A stretch of 64,000 nt of DNA from Bacteroidales bacterium (lineage in GTDB: Bacteria > Bacteroidota > Bacteroidia > Bacteroidales > UBA12077), in assembly GCA_028282785.1 (NCBI GenBank), contig JANQHE010000037.1:206856-270855 (forward strand), given 5' to 3'. How positions within the stretch are numbered: the stretch's first letter is position 1; the number at the start of each line of letters is the position of its first letter. The notes under the pieces were generated by a model. The model was not told where the DNA came from and ran no database searches. It worked only from the letters and a program-made list of their open reading frames with translations. The position numbers were made by a program, and so were the translations under genes. Of the stretch, positions 31,826 to 40,845 are shown piece after piece.

Positions 31826-32437
31826 TTACTTTGATTCTAAATCGAAAGCAGTTTTAATAATATCCCAAACATAATATTCCCATTGCTTTTGTCTGAAATC
31901 AAACCATTGTTGCCTGTAATCAGAGTTTTCAACCAGATTTTTAAAGTTGGCAAACGGTTTACGCATGTTAAGTGCCTTTACTAGCTTGTCCTGCATTCTC
32001 TCATCCCTAACTTCACCAATAAAATATTCCATCACCTTAAATGAATCGTATGATTGCATAGGTTCAATTTCGATACAATTAGTCCAGTTCTTATGCTTTA
32101 GTTCTAAATTGTCCGCAGATTCACCTGTCATCAATTCAAATTCTTCAGAGTCTTGAGCCATAAATTCCGGTATACTTTCAATTTCCAGTGTACCAGGATT
32201 AAAGTAGCATATTAAACCAGCTAATAAACTATCCGTAATCTCCGAAACAATTTTTTTATATTTTTTTGAAATTTCTTCCGGCCCGGGTTCTTCATAGATT
32301 TCATTCACAACAAATTGATAAAGCTTCTCCAGCTTGTTCCTATCATTTTTGATGGTTTGTAAAATAGTCAAAATCTCATTCATTAACTGGTTTGTATTCA
32401 TGGCTTTAAATATTGTTAGCATTTCAACTAATCCCAA
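31826..32437 (-). CDS. Hypothetical protein (UPF0158-like)
   Basis: The C-terminal segment ALNMRKPFANFKNLVENSDYRQQWFDFRQKQ resembles UPF0158-family proteins. This is recalled from memory. Confidence 0.35.
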   Translation of the reverse strand: MGLVEMLTIFKAMNTNQLMNEILTILQTIKNDRNKLEKLYQFVVNEIYEEPGPEEISKKYKKIVSEITDSLLAGLICYFNPGTLEIESIPEFMAQDSEEFELMTGESADNLELKHKNWTNCIEIEPMQSYDSFKVMEYFIGEVRDERMQDKLVKALNMRKPFANFKNLVENSDYRQQWFDFRQKQWEYYVWDIIKTAFDLESK

Positions 32438-34157
32438 TTGAGTTTTTTAAACTCTTCTTTCATTGCCGGACGATTTTTATATTTATTTAGCAATGATTCT
32501 TTAAGTGCTTTGGCAGCAGGTAATCCACCTTTTAGTTTTGTCATTTGCTTTATATAATTCACCAACTCTCTATAAACATTCCTACCTGTATGTTCAGCTT
32601 GAATTTCAATGGCAGTTTTGTAATACTCCAATAATTCGGCTGGATATTTTGTTTTAAGATACCTGGTATATTTAATAATGGTATGAATACTGTTTGAGGA
32701 ACTGACTATTCCAAACAACTCATCAATCATTTGTTCTTCAATATATATCCCGGCTAAATCATCTAAGGATATTCCTCTGTAGTAGCCCCGTTTTTTATTT
32801 TTTAATTCGGTAATTAACTTATTTCGCTGTTCAATCCAACCCTCTTTGCCACTCGTGTGCTTGTAAACTCTGAAATATTTAATATCTGAGGTATTTCCAC
32901 AAACAGTTCTCTTGCCAGTTTATTGTATTTATACATCTCTTTTTGCTCTTTGTATAATTCAAGTAATTGGTCCTTCCATTTATGAACAATGCCCGGAGCG
33001 TCTTCCTGTTCAGCAACTTTAATACCTTCAAGTATTAACTTTTCGGCTTTTTCAGGGGTATTTTCCGACAAAGCTTGTTCAACCCTAATTTGTCGGAATT
33101 TTTCAAAATGCAGATAAGTGTCAATTATATGATCAGCTTCTGCCGTTCTTTCCGCCGACCGCAAAAGGTTTATTTTTTGTCCTAAGTAGTTCTGTAAATA
33201 ATATTTTTTGCTCCAACCATCTTCCTTATCCAGTTGAATAATTCTAGCATCAATAAACTTGTATGCTATATCCATTTGTTTTAAGGATACTGCCGTTTCA
33301 AAAAACAATGGTTCTAAACTATCTCCCACACCGTAGTTTCTGTAATCAGAATTTCGCACCTGCTCATAAAGCCAGTTGAAAACTCTTTCTTTTAGTTCTG
33401 TTGATCTTGTGTTATTCAGGGTATTTTCGATAACCTGGAATGATTCATAAATTGCTCCACCACATTCACCTGACGAATCGTCCATATATTGTATGGCTTT
33501 TACACCTTCCATAACTACGGCAGCTGCAATACAAAAGGCTTCATTAAAATTCTTTTTGGAATAATAATCATCGGCTTTCATCAGAAAGTGATCTACATCG
33601 CGCATGGCCTTATGACTATTGCGATAATCAATAAATCCCCTATAATCGTAACTTTCAAATATCCCATTTATTTGGCTCCGGTAGTATGGTATATTATCGG
33701 TATTCTGAACCTGAACAGGTTTTGAAAAGGCTAGTTTAACCTGATGCCTGAAATCCTGATTTTTAAGTCCAAAATCAAGCATAAATTTTCTCAAATCTTT
33801 CAGACTTGCATCTTTTATTAGTTGCTCCCAACTTTCCTCCCGGTATTCTTCTTCCGATGAAATTGTTATGATATCTTTCTCGTTAATTGCTAAAGCTACA
33901 GCAGCAATATGCTTGACGGCACCATCATACGGGCAATCGCAATAGTAATTACTTATATTATTTTTGTTATCTATTTCAATTTCAACTTCATAGTTTCCAT
34001 AATTACCTTCTACTTGCGCATACCAAGCTCCATTGCTACCTTGGTTTAATTCCAAAATATTTCCTTTATCGAAATAATTTTGCCCACGTTGTAATATTTC
34101 AAAGGGTATTTGATTTATAAATTCCTGTATTGTCATGTTTATTCTATTGATTGCCAA
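32428..34157 (-). pseudogene. SWIM-zinc-finger-type protein gene interrupted by a frameshift
   Basis: SWIM-like CDCPYDGAVKHIAAVA, where the third Cys position is Val. The frame of ORF 32428..32730 stays open upstream of its Met back to at least ~32880 (..KYFRVYKHTSGKEWIEQRNKLITELKNKKRGYYRGISLDDLAGIYIEEQ-M..). It overlaps the tail of ORF 32814..34157, which implies a frameshift near 32880-32900. Confidence 0.55.
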
Positions 34158-34211
34158 TAATCATCTTTACAATAATTCCATTTTTTTAGAAAAAAAATTT
34201 TCTCCACAGTT

Positions 34212-34709
34212 TTATTCAAGTATCTCCCAATGACCACTTTTTGCTGAACCAACTCTTTTTAAAAAACCTAAAGCCTTTAGCCTGGAAATATTGTTTTCTA
34301 TAGCAGTTGTGCTAATTCCAATAGCTTTTGAAAGAGTAGTTATACTTATTGTATTGTCTTTCTTTATTTCTAATAAAATTTTTAATTGATTATCACCCAA
34401 CTTATCACCCAACTTAGTTTCTGTTTCCAGATAAAAATTGAGTACAACAGAATCAAATTCAATTTGATATTCCGGCAATGTTGAGTTATAGGCCAGCCAG
34501 TTCTCATCCATTTTATCCAAACCAAAGCCTGCGTTTTCTGCTAGTTTAACCATTCTGAAAAGCTTTGCCAAAACAGGGTTACGAGGTAAAGAAATATCCT
34601 TGCTTTTCAATTCTTCAAAAGGTTTAGGCAACTCATGTTTAGCAGCTTTAACCTCAAAATCTTCCCATTCAAGAGAGCTTAGGTTTTGTATAAGTTCTTC
34701 TTTGGTCAT
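34212..34709 (-). CDS. Truncated AlbA_2/wHTH-type putative DNA-binding protein (internally deleted remnant)
   Basis: The N-terminus LSSLEWEDFEVKAAKHELPK is of the Schlafen AlbA_2 type and jumps directly to C-terminal RNPVLAKLFRMVKLAENAGFGLDKM plus a wHTH (ISTTAIENNISRLKALGFLKRVG). At 165 aa it is far shorter than the full-length proteins of this type that I recall. Confidence 0.4.
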   Translation of the reverse strand: MTKEELIQNLSSLEWEDFEVKAAKHELPKPFEELKSKDISLPRNPVLAKLFRMVKLAENAGFGLDKMDENWLAYNSTLPEYQIEFDSVVLNFYLETETKLGDKLGDNQLKILLEIKKDNTISITTLSKAIGISTTAIENNISRLKALGFLKRVGSAKSGHWEILE

Positions 34710-35361
34710 ATTTTATTTGCTTACTGCTTTTTTTGCATAATAACTCTAATCATTCCAGAATCAGTTGTATATCATATTGTCGTAAATTTAGTAATTTATC
34801 TATGACAAATCTATACATTCGTTTTAGTTTCCATTCTGAGCATCTCCAATGTTGAATTTTGTTCCAATTCGAATACACACATCTCCTAATCATTTTTTGC
34901 TGCTAAACTAAATCTTCTTAAAATACAGTTTTATAAGTGCTCTGGTCTGTTTATTGATTATTGTATTTAAGCTTTAATCTCATTACTTAAAACCGTGTTC
35001 AGAAACCCTAATCATCTTTCCGGACGGATTATTAAAGTTTCTAATTTAAAAATATAATGCTCTTATTGAAATACTTTCGTTATTAGCTTTGAAAATTTAT
35101 TATCAAATATACCTACTTGGTTTTTCCTTCATTTAGTTTTTGTTATTTCTATCATTTCAATACATGCTAGCCTAACACTCTTTTCAATTCAATTTTTCAG
35201 TGCGGTATTTTAAGCATTTACTTTAATAAACTAATTGGGTAATAAAATGGGAATTTTTTGATGGGTATTAATTTCACACTCTTGTATCTCTGAATTTAAA
35301 GTATTTAAATAGGAATTATCAGACATGAAGTGCTATTCAGAAACAATTTTATTTCACTAAT

Positions 35362-35886
35362 TTATTGATGATTCAATTTAAGTATCATTTCTAATATTTC
35401 TTCTCCTTCAAATTTCCGATGATATGAATTTGGATTCATAGCAATATTTTCTTTGATAAATCCATTTTTTTTCAACACCTTGATTGATGCCTGATTCCTT
35501 TTTAACACTCCTGTTTTTAATATCTCCAACTGAAGTTCTTTTTTTGCATAACGGATTATTTTTTTTAAAGCGTAAGTGGCTAGCCCATTATTCCAGAAAG
35601 GAACTGCTATCCAATAGTAGATCCCTGCTTTCTTGTTATTTATGTTTACATCGTAAAGTGCACATATACCAACAAATTGATTCTTAAACTCTATGGCAAA
35701 TGCAAAACGATTACCTTTCTTTCGCTCGTTAATTTCCTTTTCTACGTATAGTTTTGCATCATCTTTTGAATAGGGCAAAGCAACAGGGTATGTTTCTGCA
35801 AGTTTTTCATTATTCAAATATTTATGTATTGAATCAATATGACTATTATCCAGTAATTTTAATGAGATTTCATTTTCACTAAGCAT
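35362..35886 (-). CDS. GNAT-family N-acetyltransferase (RimJ/RimL-like)
   Basis: The A-motif region YWIAVPFWNNGLATYALKKIIRYA and the C-terminal NQASIKVLKKNGF are typical of the family. Confidence 0.75.
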   Translation of the reverse strand: MLSENEISLKLLDNSHIDSIHKYLNNEKLAETYPVALPYSKDDAKLYVEKEINERKKGNRFAFAIEFKNQFVGICALYDVNINNKKAGIYYWIAVPFWNNGLATYALKKIIRYAKKELQLEILKTGVLKRNQASIKVLKKNGFIKENIAMNPNSYHRKFEGEEILEMILKLNHQ

Positions 35887-35986
35887 GTGTTTTTGGGAAT
35901 GAAATTAATGTTGCTAATGCTATAGGATTGGTAAAGAAAGACCCGGATATTTTTACTTTGGGTGTATATTGTTTTAATAAAATTAT

Positions 35987-36155
35987 GAGGTTGTCTGAAA
36001 AGATCTGAAAATGAAAATCTAACACTAAAACACGAAGAGTCTAAGAATTACAAAAATCAGGTAATCAATAAAATATAATTTCGAGAAACTTTGTGTTTTT
36101 TTGTCCCTGCCTGCCGGCAGGATCATGGCGAAAGTCAATCTTTTTGGACAACCTC
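35987..36155. repeat. MITE-like palindromic element, copy A (169 bp)
   Basis: Terminal inverted repeats GAGGTTGTCTGAAAAGAT and ATCTTTTTGGACAACCTC, with an internal palindrome cctgcctgccggcagg. It marks the low-coordinate edge of the island. Confidence 0.6.
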
Positions 36156-36192
36156 AAAATTAGAAATTCGATAACTAATTTATTTAAATGAT

Positions 36193-36846
36193 TTATTTAC
36201 CATAAAAGGCCAATAGTTTTTTAAATAATACTCCTGCTTTCCATACTGTCTCCTGGTAGTATTTCCTTCGCTCTTCAATTGCCTCACATAATTGTTCTTT
36301 AGAAAACACTCTTGTTACTCCTTCATTCGGATCAAGAAAATCTACCATATCTGATTTGTTGTGTTTAAATAAAGCCAATGCGTGTCCGGTTATTTTAGGA
36401 TCTGTACAGCTTATAAGCAATAAAAACCACATTGGTTTAGATGTAAAAACTTTTTCACAAATAATCTTATCATTATTTATAAGGTAAGCGTTTGAGCTGT
36501 TTTCATCTTTGGTTATTATTGATAATTTTTTTTTGAACGTAAATCTATTGTTTTTTAAATATTCCAGGCACTTTTCAACTTGAGTTTCTTGCGTATACTT
36601 CCTATCAAAATGTGCATGTAACTCCTTGCCATTAAATAACAAATCGTTGCCAGGCAAAAGTTGATAACCTTTCTCTATTTCTTTCTGAGACGGGTAACCT
36701 TCTTTTTGATTATCTAAAATTTTTTCAAACCATTCTACGCAAATTCCTAAACAAACACCTTCGCCTATTTCCATTTGCGAAATAATAGCTTCGTCTTCCT
36801 GACTAAAATTTATTATTTTGATTGGTTGTTGTACACTCTTTTCCAT
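36193..36846 (-). CDS. YopT/AvrPphB-type (peptidase C58-like) cysteine protease candidate
   Basis: Candidate triad: Cys in EGVCLGICVEWF (C32), His in KITGHALALF (H155), Asp in VDFLDPNEGV (D172). The C-H spacing is 123 and the H-D spacing is 17, compared with 119/16 in YopT and 114/15 in AvrPphB (values recalled). No signal peptide. Confidence 0.55.
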   Translation of the reverse strand: MEKSVQQPIKIINFSQEDEAIISQMEIGEGVCLGICVEWFEKILDNQKEGYPSQKEIEKGYQLLPGNDLLFNGKELHAHFDRKYTQETQVEKCLEYLKNNRFTFKKKLSIITKDENSSNAYLINNDKIICEKVFTSKPMWFLLLISCTDPKITGHALALFKHNKSDMVDFLDPNEGVTRVFSKEQLCEAIEERRKYYQETVWKAGVLFKKLLAFYGK

Positions 36847-36936
36847 ATTTTTAATTTTATATTAAGAACTAATCTCCCCTGATCGTAAAACTAAAGCGGG
36901 ATATTTTTTAGTTTTCCGGCATCACCAGTTAAAACA

Positions 36937-37143
36937 TTATTGTTTCCTTTTTGCCCTTTTACCTTTTGAATATTTTGACCATTTTTCTGCTTGTTGATTA
37001 GATTTGGGAGTATGATGCGATGTTCCCTTACCACCCTTATATTTACCTGTTGGTGCAGGTTGGGCGTAATTATCATGTTCACATGGGCATGGCCTTTCCT
37101 GCCCACATGTTTTACACTTCTTTTTTTTATTGTCTTTTTCCAT
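36937..37143 (-). CDS. Small, highly basic Cys-containing protein (68 aa)
   Basis: MEKDNKKKKCKTCGQERPCPCEH... followed by a Lys/Gly/Ser-rich tail. It is the first ORF after promoter module g. An overlapping alternative frame (36891..37106) is less plausible. Confidence 0.35.
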   Translation of the reverse strand: MEKDNKKKKCKTCGQERPCPCEHDNYAQPAPTGKYKGGKGTSHHTPKSNQQAEKWSKYSKGKRAKRKQ

Positions 37144-37302
37144 TATTTTATCTACTTAAATTCATTAACTTATTACATCTTAGCTATAGCCTTTTTTAAG
37201 GAACTTGATGTTTTGCCTCGTCGCCTGTATGCCACAGACTTCATTTTTATAATTGGTGTATGCACCTATTACAGCCCACATTGCCGCATTTAATATTTCG
37301 GC

Positions 37303-37560
37303 CCTACTCTAAACCATACCCAACCTCCTTTCTTTTTTGATTTATAGTTTATTCAATTAAAATTAGTTGGATTAATTCCAACGCAATAGTAGGAATCGGA
37401 CAATTTTTGATAATTGCTAATGCAATTCGAATTCTGTTTTACTCAATTCTAATTGTAATAGATTATCTAAGACCGGCGAGTACGTCAAATATTGTTGTGA
37501 TAGTAAAAAGAATGGTTACTGGCCTTACTGTAGATAAAGTTAAGCTTCTTATTATAAAAT
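37303..37560. repeat. ~258-bp intergenic direct repeat, copy 1 (contains module g, the SD and a degenerate micro-ORF)
   Basis: Aligns nearly colinearly with 38374..38630, sharing for example caattaaaattagttggat..aatcggacaat(a/t)tttgataattgctaatgcaattcgaattctgttttactcaattctaattgtaata. There is a partial third copy at 39473..39575. Confidence 0.8.
37356..37401 (-). promoter_or_regulatory. Island promoter-like module g
   Basis: Minus strand: GTCCGATTCCTACTATTGCGTTGGAATTAATCCAACTAATTTTAAT. It is followed 41 nt later by GGAGGT (37328..37323) and a decayed micro-ORF, ATG GTT TAG (37317..37309). Confidence 0.6.
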
Positions 37561-37562
37561 AA

Positions 37563-37673
37563 GAGGTTGTCCAAAAAGACTCGAAGACGTCATTGCGAAC
37601 CTGCCTTGCCGGCAGGCAGGCTTCGTCGTTCCTCCTCCTAATGACAGTAGGTTTTGACTTTTTGGACAACCTC
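37563..37673. repeat. MITE-like palindromic element, copy B (111 bp)
   Basis: GAGGTTGTCCAAAAAGAC...GACTTTTTGGACAACCTC with an internal cctgccttgccggcaggcagg. ORF 37463..37669 in the track is an artefact of this element. Confidence 0.65.
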
Positions 37674-37777
37674 AGTCAGGGTTATTTGCTATAGGATTTT
37701 TTAAATACCTATAATAATTAGGCTAAAGTCCATTAAAGTGAATTTTAGGTTTTGTTATGGTTATCTTGCCATATTGT

Positions 37778-38239
37778 CTACAGTCTATCGTATTCATTAC
37801 CGCAAGCCTGTTTCGCTTCTTCGAAAGTTTTCGGAGTATCTGATGATCTATATTCACTATCTGGACATATCCAGTGTCCAAAATGAGCTATTTTAAACTC
37901 ATCATTCTCAACTGGTTTAAGCTCGACAGTCCGCTTACCGTTTGTTGGTCGAACAAGCTCATATGTTGTGGTTGTGCCTACTTGCTTTATTGTTATAGTC
38001 TCATCTCCTACAGTACCAACTGAAACAATAAACTTTTTTCCTTCTGATTTGGCTTGCAAAAGTGCATCCCTATTATCTGGGTCAGTAGAGTATTGCCACC
38101 AAGAATGTACACTAGTGTTATCATCTTCTCCTTTATATCTCGCTTGACCTATGTTCCCAGCAATATAACAGTATGTACTGGAAGGTTTATTTTCGCGACC
38201 CGAACCAAGGTCATTGGTTATAAAATATGTTTTTGGCAT
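37778..38239 (-). CDS. Hypothetical protein (153 aa)
   Basis: ORF downstream of module h, a micro-ORF and a conserved hairpin. No signal peptide and no recognised motif. Confidence 0.5.
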   Translation of the reverse strand: MPKTYFITNDLGSGRENKPSSTYCYIAGNIGQARYKGEDDNTSVHSWWQYSTDPDNRDALLQAKSEGKKFIVSVGTVGDETITIKQVGTTTTYELVRPTNGKRTVELKPVENDEFKIAHFGHWICPDSEYRSSDTPKTFEEAKQACGNEYDRL

Positions 38240-38291
38240 TTTTCTTTCTTTAATTGTGTTTATTTTTATTTTCTTTTTAGCTTTTATTTAA

Positions 38292-38311
38292 AAGGTGTCA
38301 AACAACACCTT
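38292..38311 (-). promoter_or_regulatory. Conserved 5'-leader hairpin (attenuator/terminator-like), copy 1
   Basis: Minus-strand RNA is AAGGUGU-UGUUUG-ACACCUU followed by UUAAAUAAAAG. Its flanks are homologous to the copy at 56901..56920. Confidence 0.45.
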
Positions 38312-38360
38312 ATTTAAGTACTATTGATTCATTAACCATTAGTACCATAATATTTAATAG

Positions 38361-38384
38361 TTAAAATTGTACAACTCTACTCAT
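38361..38384 (-). CDS. SD-led micro-ORF, divergent copy (MSRVVQF*)
   Basis: GGAGGT at 38394..38389, a 4-nt spacer, then ATG AGT AGA GTT GTA CAA TTT TAA. The geometry matches the MIRAGP copies but the peptide has diverged. Confidence 0.4.
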   Translation of the reverse strand: MSRVVQF

Positions 38385-38630
38385 AGCAACCTCCTTTCTT
38401 TTTTTGATTAATAGTTTATTCAATTAAAATTAGTTGGATCAATTCAAGCGTGATAGTAAGAATCGGACAATATTTGATAATTGCTAATGCAATTCGAATT
38501 CTGTTTTACTCAATTCTAATTGTAATACGTTATCTAAGATTAGCGAGTAAGTCAAATACTGTAGTGATAGTGAAAAGAATAGTTAGTGATCTTACTGTAG
38601 GGAAATTTGACCTGCTTATATAAAATAATG
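38374..38630. repeat. ~257-bp intergenic direct repeat, copy 2 (contains module h, the SD and a micro-ORF)
   Basis: See 37303..37560. Confidence 0.8.
38423..38468 (-). promoter_or_regulatory. Island promoter-like module h
   Basis: Minus strand: GTCCGATTCTTACTATCACGCTTGAATTGATCCAACTAATTTTAAT. Confidence 0.6.
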
Positions 38631-38853
38631 ACTCGACTAAAAGTCCGTGCGAGTTGGTTAAGTTTTTTGTGTTTTTTTTATTTTATAAAATAAACTTGAA
38701 TGGATAAGTAATGTAAAAAGAATTTTACATTTTTATGTTTGAGTACACAACAAAACCTTGGACTGACGCCCAAGGCTATTGATAATGAAGCTTTGATGCA
38801 TAATTACTATCTAAATTGGTTGAATTATAACTTTTCTTTTTTAAGATTTTTTA

Positions 38854-39390
38854 TTATTCCATTTTAAATAACTCAAAAAAGTGCTCGTATGTATCCGCGT
38901 TTGATTTCAACTTACTTTTATTAAGATTTGTTCTTAATTTTTTATCCCCACTTACTCCATATTCATGATCTTCTGTATTCAGCACAATATGTGAAGCTTC
39001 ATGCACAAGTGTCCCCATTTGAGAATCCTCTCCTTTTTTATCAATTGTATAAAAATACGGACACAAGTATATTCCCTGTGCTTCGTTACCTGGATATGCA
39101 TATCCAAAATCTGTAGGGCCACAACTAGCTTCTTCCCCATTTTTAATTGGTGGCATCCTACTAATATAATCTTGGATCTTTGTATAACAATCAGCTAAAA
39201 GTTTTAATTCTCTATCACTAGATACACCCCAGTGCGTTTTTAAAAAATCTTTTTGTACTGATGTTAAATTATCAGGATTACGTAGAGCTTTAATAATCCT
39301 TCTGAGCCTATTAAAAGTTTTTACTATAATTTCTTCCAAGAGTGGTTTTTGATATACATTTAAATCTGTTCCTTCTCTTACTATTTGCAT
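38854..39390 (-). CDS. Aspzincin (M35-like, HExxH + GTxDxxYG-type) metalloprotease candidate
   Basis: GTLVHEASHIVLNTEDHEYG contains HExxH followed by T-E-D-H-E-Y-G. The downstream SNADTYEHFF resembles the NADSY segment of M35 enzymes. 178 aa with no signal peptide. An AGGAGA sits 8 nt upstream of the ATG. Confidence 0.55.
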   Translation of the reverse strand: MQIVREGTDLNVYQKPLLEEIIVKTFNRLRRIIKALRNPDNLTSVQKDFLKTHWGVSSDRELKLLADCYTKIQDYISRMPPIKNGEEASCGPTDFGYAYPGNEAQGIYLCPYFYTIDKKGEDSQMGTLVHEASHIVLNTEDHEYGVSGDKKLRTNLNKSKLKSNADTYEHFFELFKME

Positions 39391-39465
39391 ATTTAACTTC
39401 TCCTATTTAATTTATTAATATCGTATCTTTTATTGGTTTTTATTCGAGTTAATAAAGCCTATTTA

Positions 39466-39489
39466 CTACATTGGCCCTGCTCTAATCAT
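39466..39489 (-). CDS. SD-led micro-ORF encoding MIRAGPM*
   Basis: GGAGGT at 39499..39494, a 4-nt spacer, then ATG ATT AGA GCA GGG CCA ATG TAG. It lies 76 nt upstream of the M35-like gene start. Confidence 0.6.
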   Translation of the reverse strand: MIRAGPM

Positions 39490-39526
39490 AGCAACCTCCT
39501 TCCTTTTTTGATGAATAGTTTATTCA

Positions 39527-39572
39527 ATTAAAATTAGTTGGATTAATTCAAGCGTGATAGTAAGAATCGGAC
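39527..39572 (-). promoter_or_regulatory. Island promoter-like module i
   Basis: Minus strand: GTCCGATTCTTACTATCACGCTTGAATTAATCCAACTAATTTTAAT. Confidence 0.6.
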
Positions 39573-39856
39573 CAGGTTAATCTTTTTCTAACTTTCATAC
39601 TTTTACTTCTTATTGTTTTGCGATCATACAGTAAAGTATATGAGCATGTCGATTATTAAAAGTATTAAGCAATTCAGTTTTGCCTTTATAAAAACTATAC
39701 TTACTTCGACATGCCCGGTATGATAAGTAAAGTATGAGATAAACAGTTGGAGATTACATTAATTGATAGTTATGAATTCATCAAACTGAACTTATCTGAG
39801 AATATAGAACGTATAACTGTTTTATATTAACGGAGCGCCAGGTTTATGGAAAAATG

Positions 39857-40552
39857 CTATTCTGTTACCTTTTCTATTTCTTTTTTTACATCCGGAGTTT
39901 CTTTTGACTCTACCACTGTTCCTCCGTCTCCAATCTTTATTTTTGTATCACCAATTATTAACTCTGTTGATTTTTCTTTATTCATAGATTCGGTTAACTT
40001 ATCATTCATCTCTTTAATAAGATCAATAAATTCCTTTCGTGATTTTTCGCGTGCATCAAACTGATGTGCTTGTTCTTTCATTTCCTCTTTTTTCAATCGT
40101 TCGGTAGATTGAATTTTGTTTATCTCAACCTGCAACTGATGTTCTGATTTAGCAAGCCTTTCTTTACGTTCCTGTCTCCTGTCAACCAACATCGGATCTT
40201 CATCTTTACCTACCGATGCTTCTTTAATTACCATTATTAATGCCATTACAACGGGTGCAATCATACCAACAACCGGGGTAAAAGCTGACTCAGAAAGAAA
40301 GTAACCTGACATACAGGTAATTAATACCAATAGTACGGTTGTTGGCATTGCCCAACGTCCAACAAGAATAGCAACCATATTATTATTTTTCTGTTTTTGC
40401 TGTTCATTAGTATCCTGATCTGAATTAGCAGAAGGATTCCCAGTTTCAACATCACCCGGCCCATCATCTTGATTATTAATCACCTCATCATCAACAAAAT
40501 CATTGTTCACCTCATTATCAGTAAGATTATTATTAAGTTCATCCTTATTCAT
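39857..40552 (-). CDS. Membrane protein with an acidic N-terminal region, 2-3 TM helices and a C-terminal coiled coil
   Basis: TM block MVAILVGRWAMPTTVLLVLITCMSGYFLSESAFTPVVGMIAPVVMALIMVI. The track start at 40564 is a TTG that lies inside an SD. The likely real start is ATG 40552 (MNKDELNN), preceded by GGAGGT-AATT (40562..40557), identical to the micro-ORF SD context. Confidence 0.6.
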   Translation of the reverse strand: MNKDELNNNLTDNEVNNDFVDDEVINNQDDGPGDVETGNPSANSDQDTNEQQKQKNNNMVAILVGRWAMPTTVLLVLITCMSGYFLSESAFTPVVGMIAPVVMALIMVIKEASVGKDEDPMLVDRRQERKERLAKSEHQLQVEINKIQSTERLKKEEMKEQAHQFDAREKSRKEFIDLIKEMNDKLTESMNKEKSTELIIGDTKIKIGDGGTVVESKETPDVKKEIEKVTE

Positions 40553-40643
40553 AATTACCTCCAATTTTTATAATTCATTTTTTATGAAACATTTAAATTA
40601 TCTTCCTACTAATTCCCAGTTTTCTTCTGGTTTATTGAGTTAT

Positions 40644-40689
40644 TACAAATTTATTAAAGCTTAAGCTTTGTTTATAGTAAAGATCAGAC
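40644..40689 (-). promoter_or_regulatory. Island promoter-like module j (most divergent copy)
   Basis: Minus strand: GTCTGATCTTTACTATAAACAAAGCTTAAGCTTTAATAAATTTGTA. GTCyGAT, TACTAT and a TAAATTTG -7 box sit at exactly the same offsets as in the other nine copies. Confidence 0.5.
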
Positions 40690-40845
40690 AACAACCAAGT
40701 GCTTTCATCTTTTATAAGTTCCCTGTTACTATTTATTTTTGGAAGAATGATGGGAGTATAACATTCATATTTAGTATAAGCTGGCATATTAAATACGAAT
40801 TCTATATTTTTTACAACTTACCGTAAAAAGATTATCCCGATTATT

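Noticed and set aside
36891-37106. 71-aa ORF overlapping 36937..37143 in another frame
   Set aside because: The two overlapping frames are mutually exclusive. The 36937..37143 frame starts closer to the promoter module and has the more protein-like composition. Neither is certain.
37463-37669. 68-aa minus-strand ORF (MSKKSKPTVIRRRNDEACLPARQ...)
   Set aside because: It is read through MITE-like element copy B and the adjacent intergenic repeat. The homologous repeat copy at 38470..38630 has a stop in that frame, so it is not conserved coding sequence.
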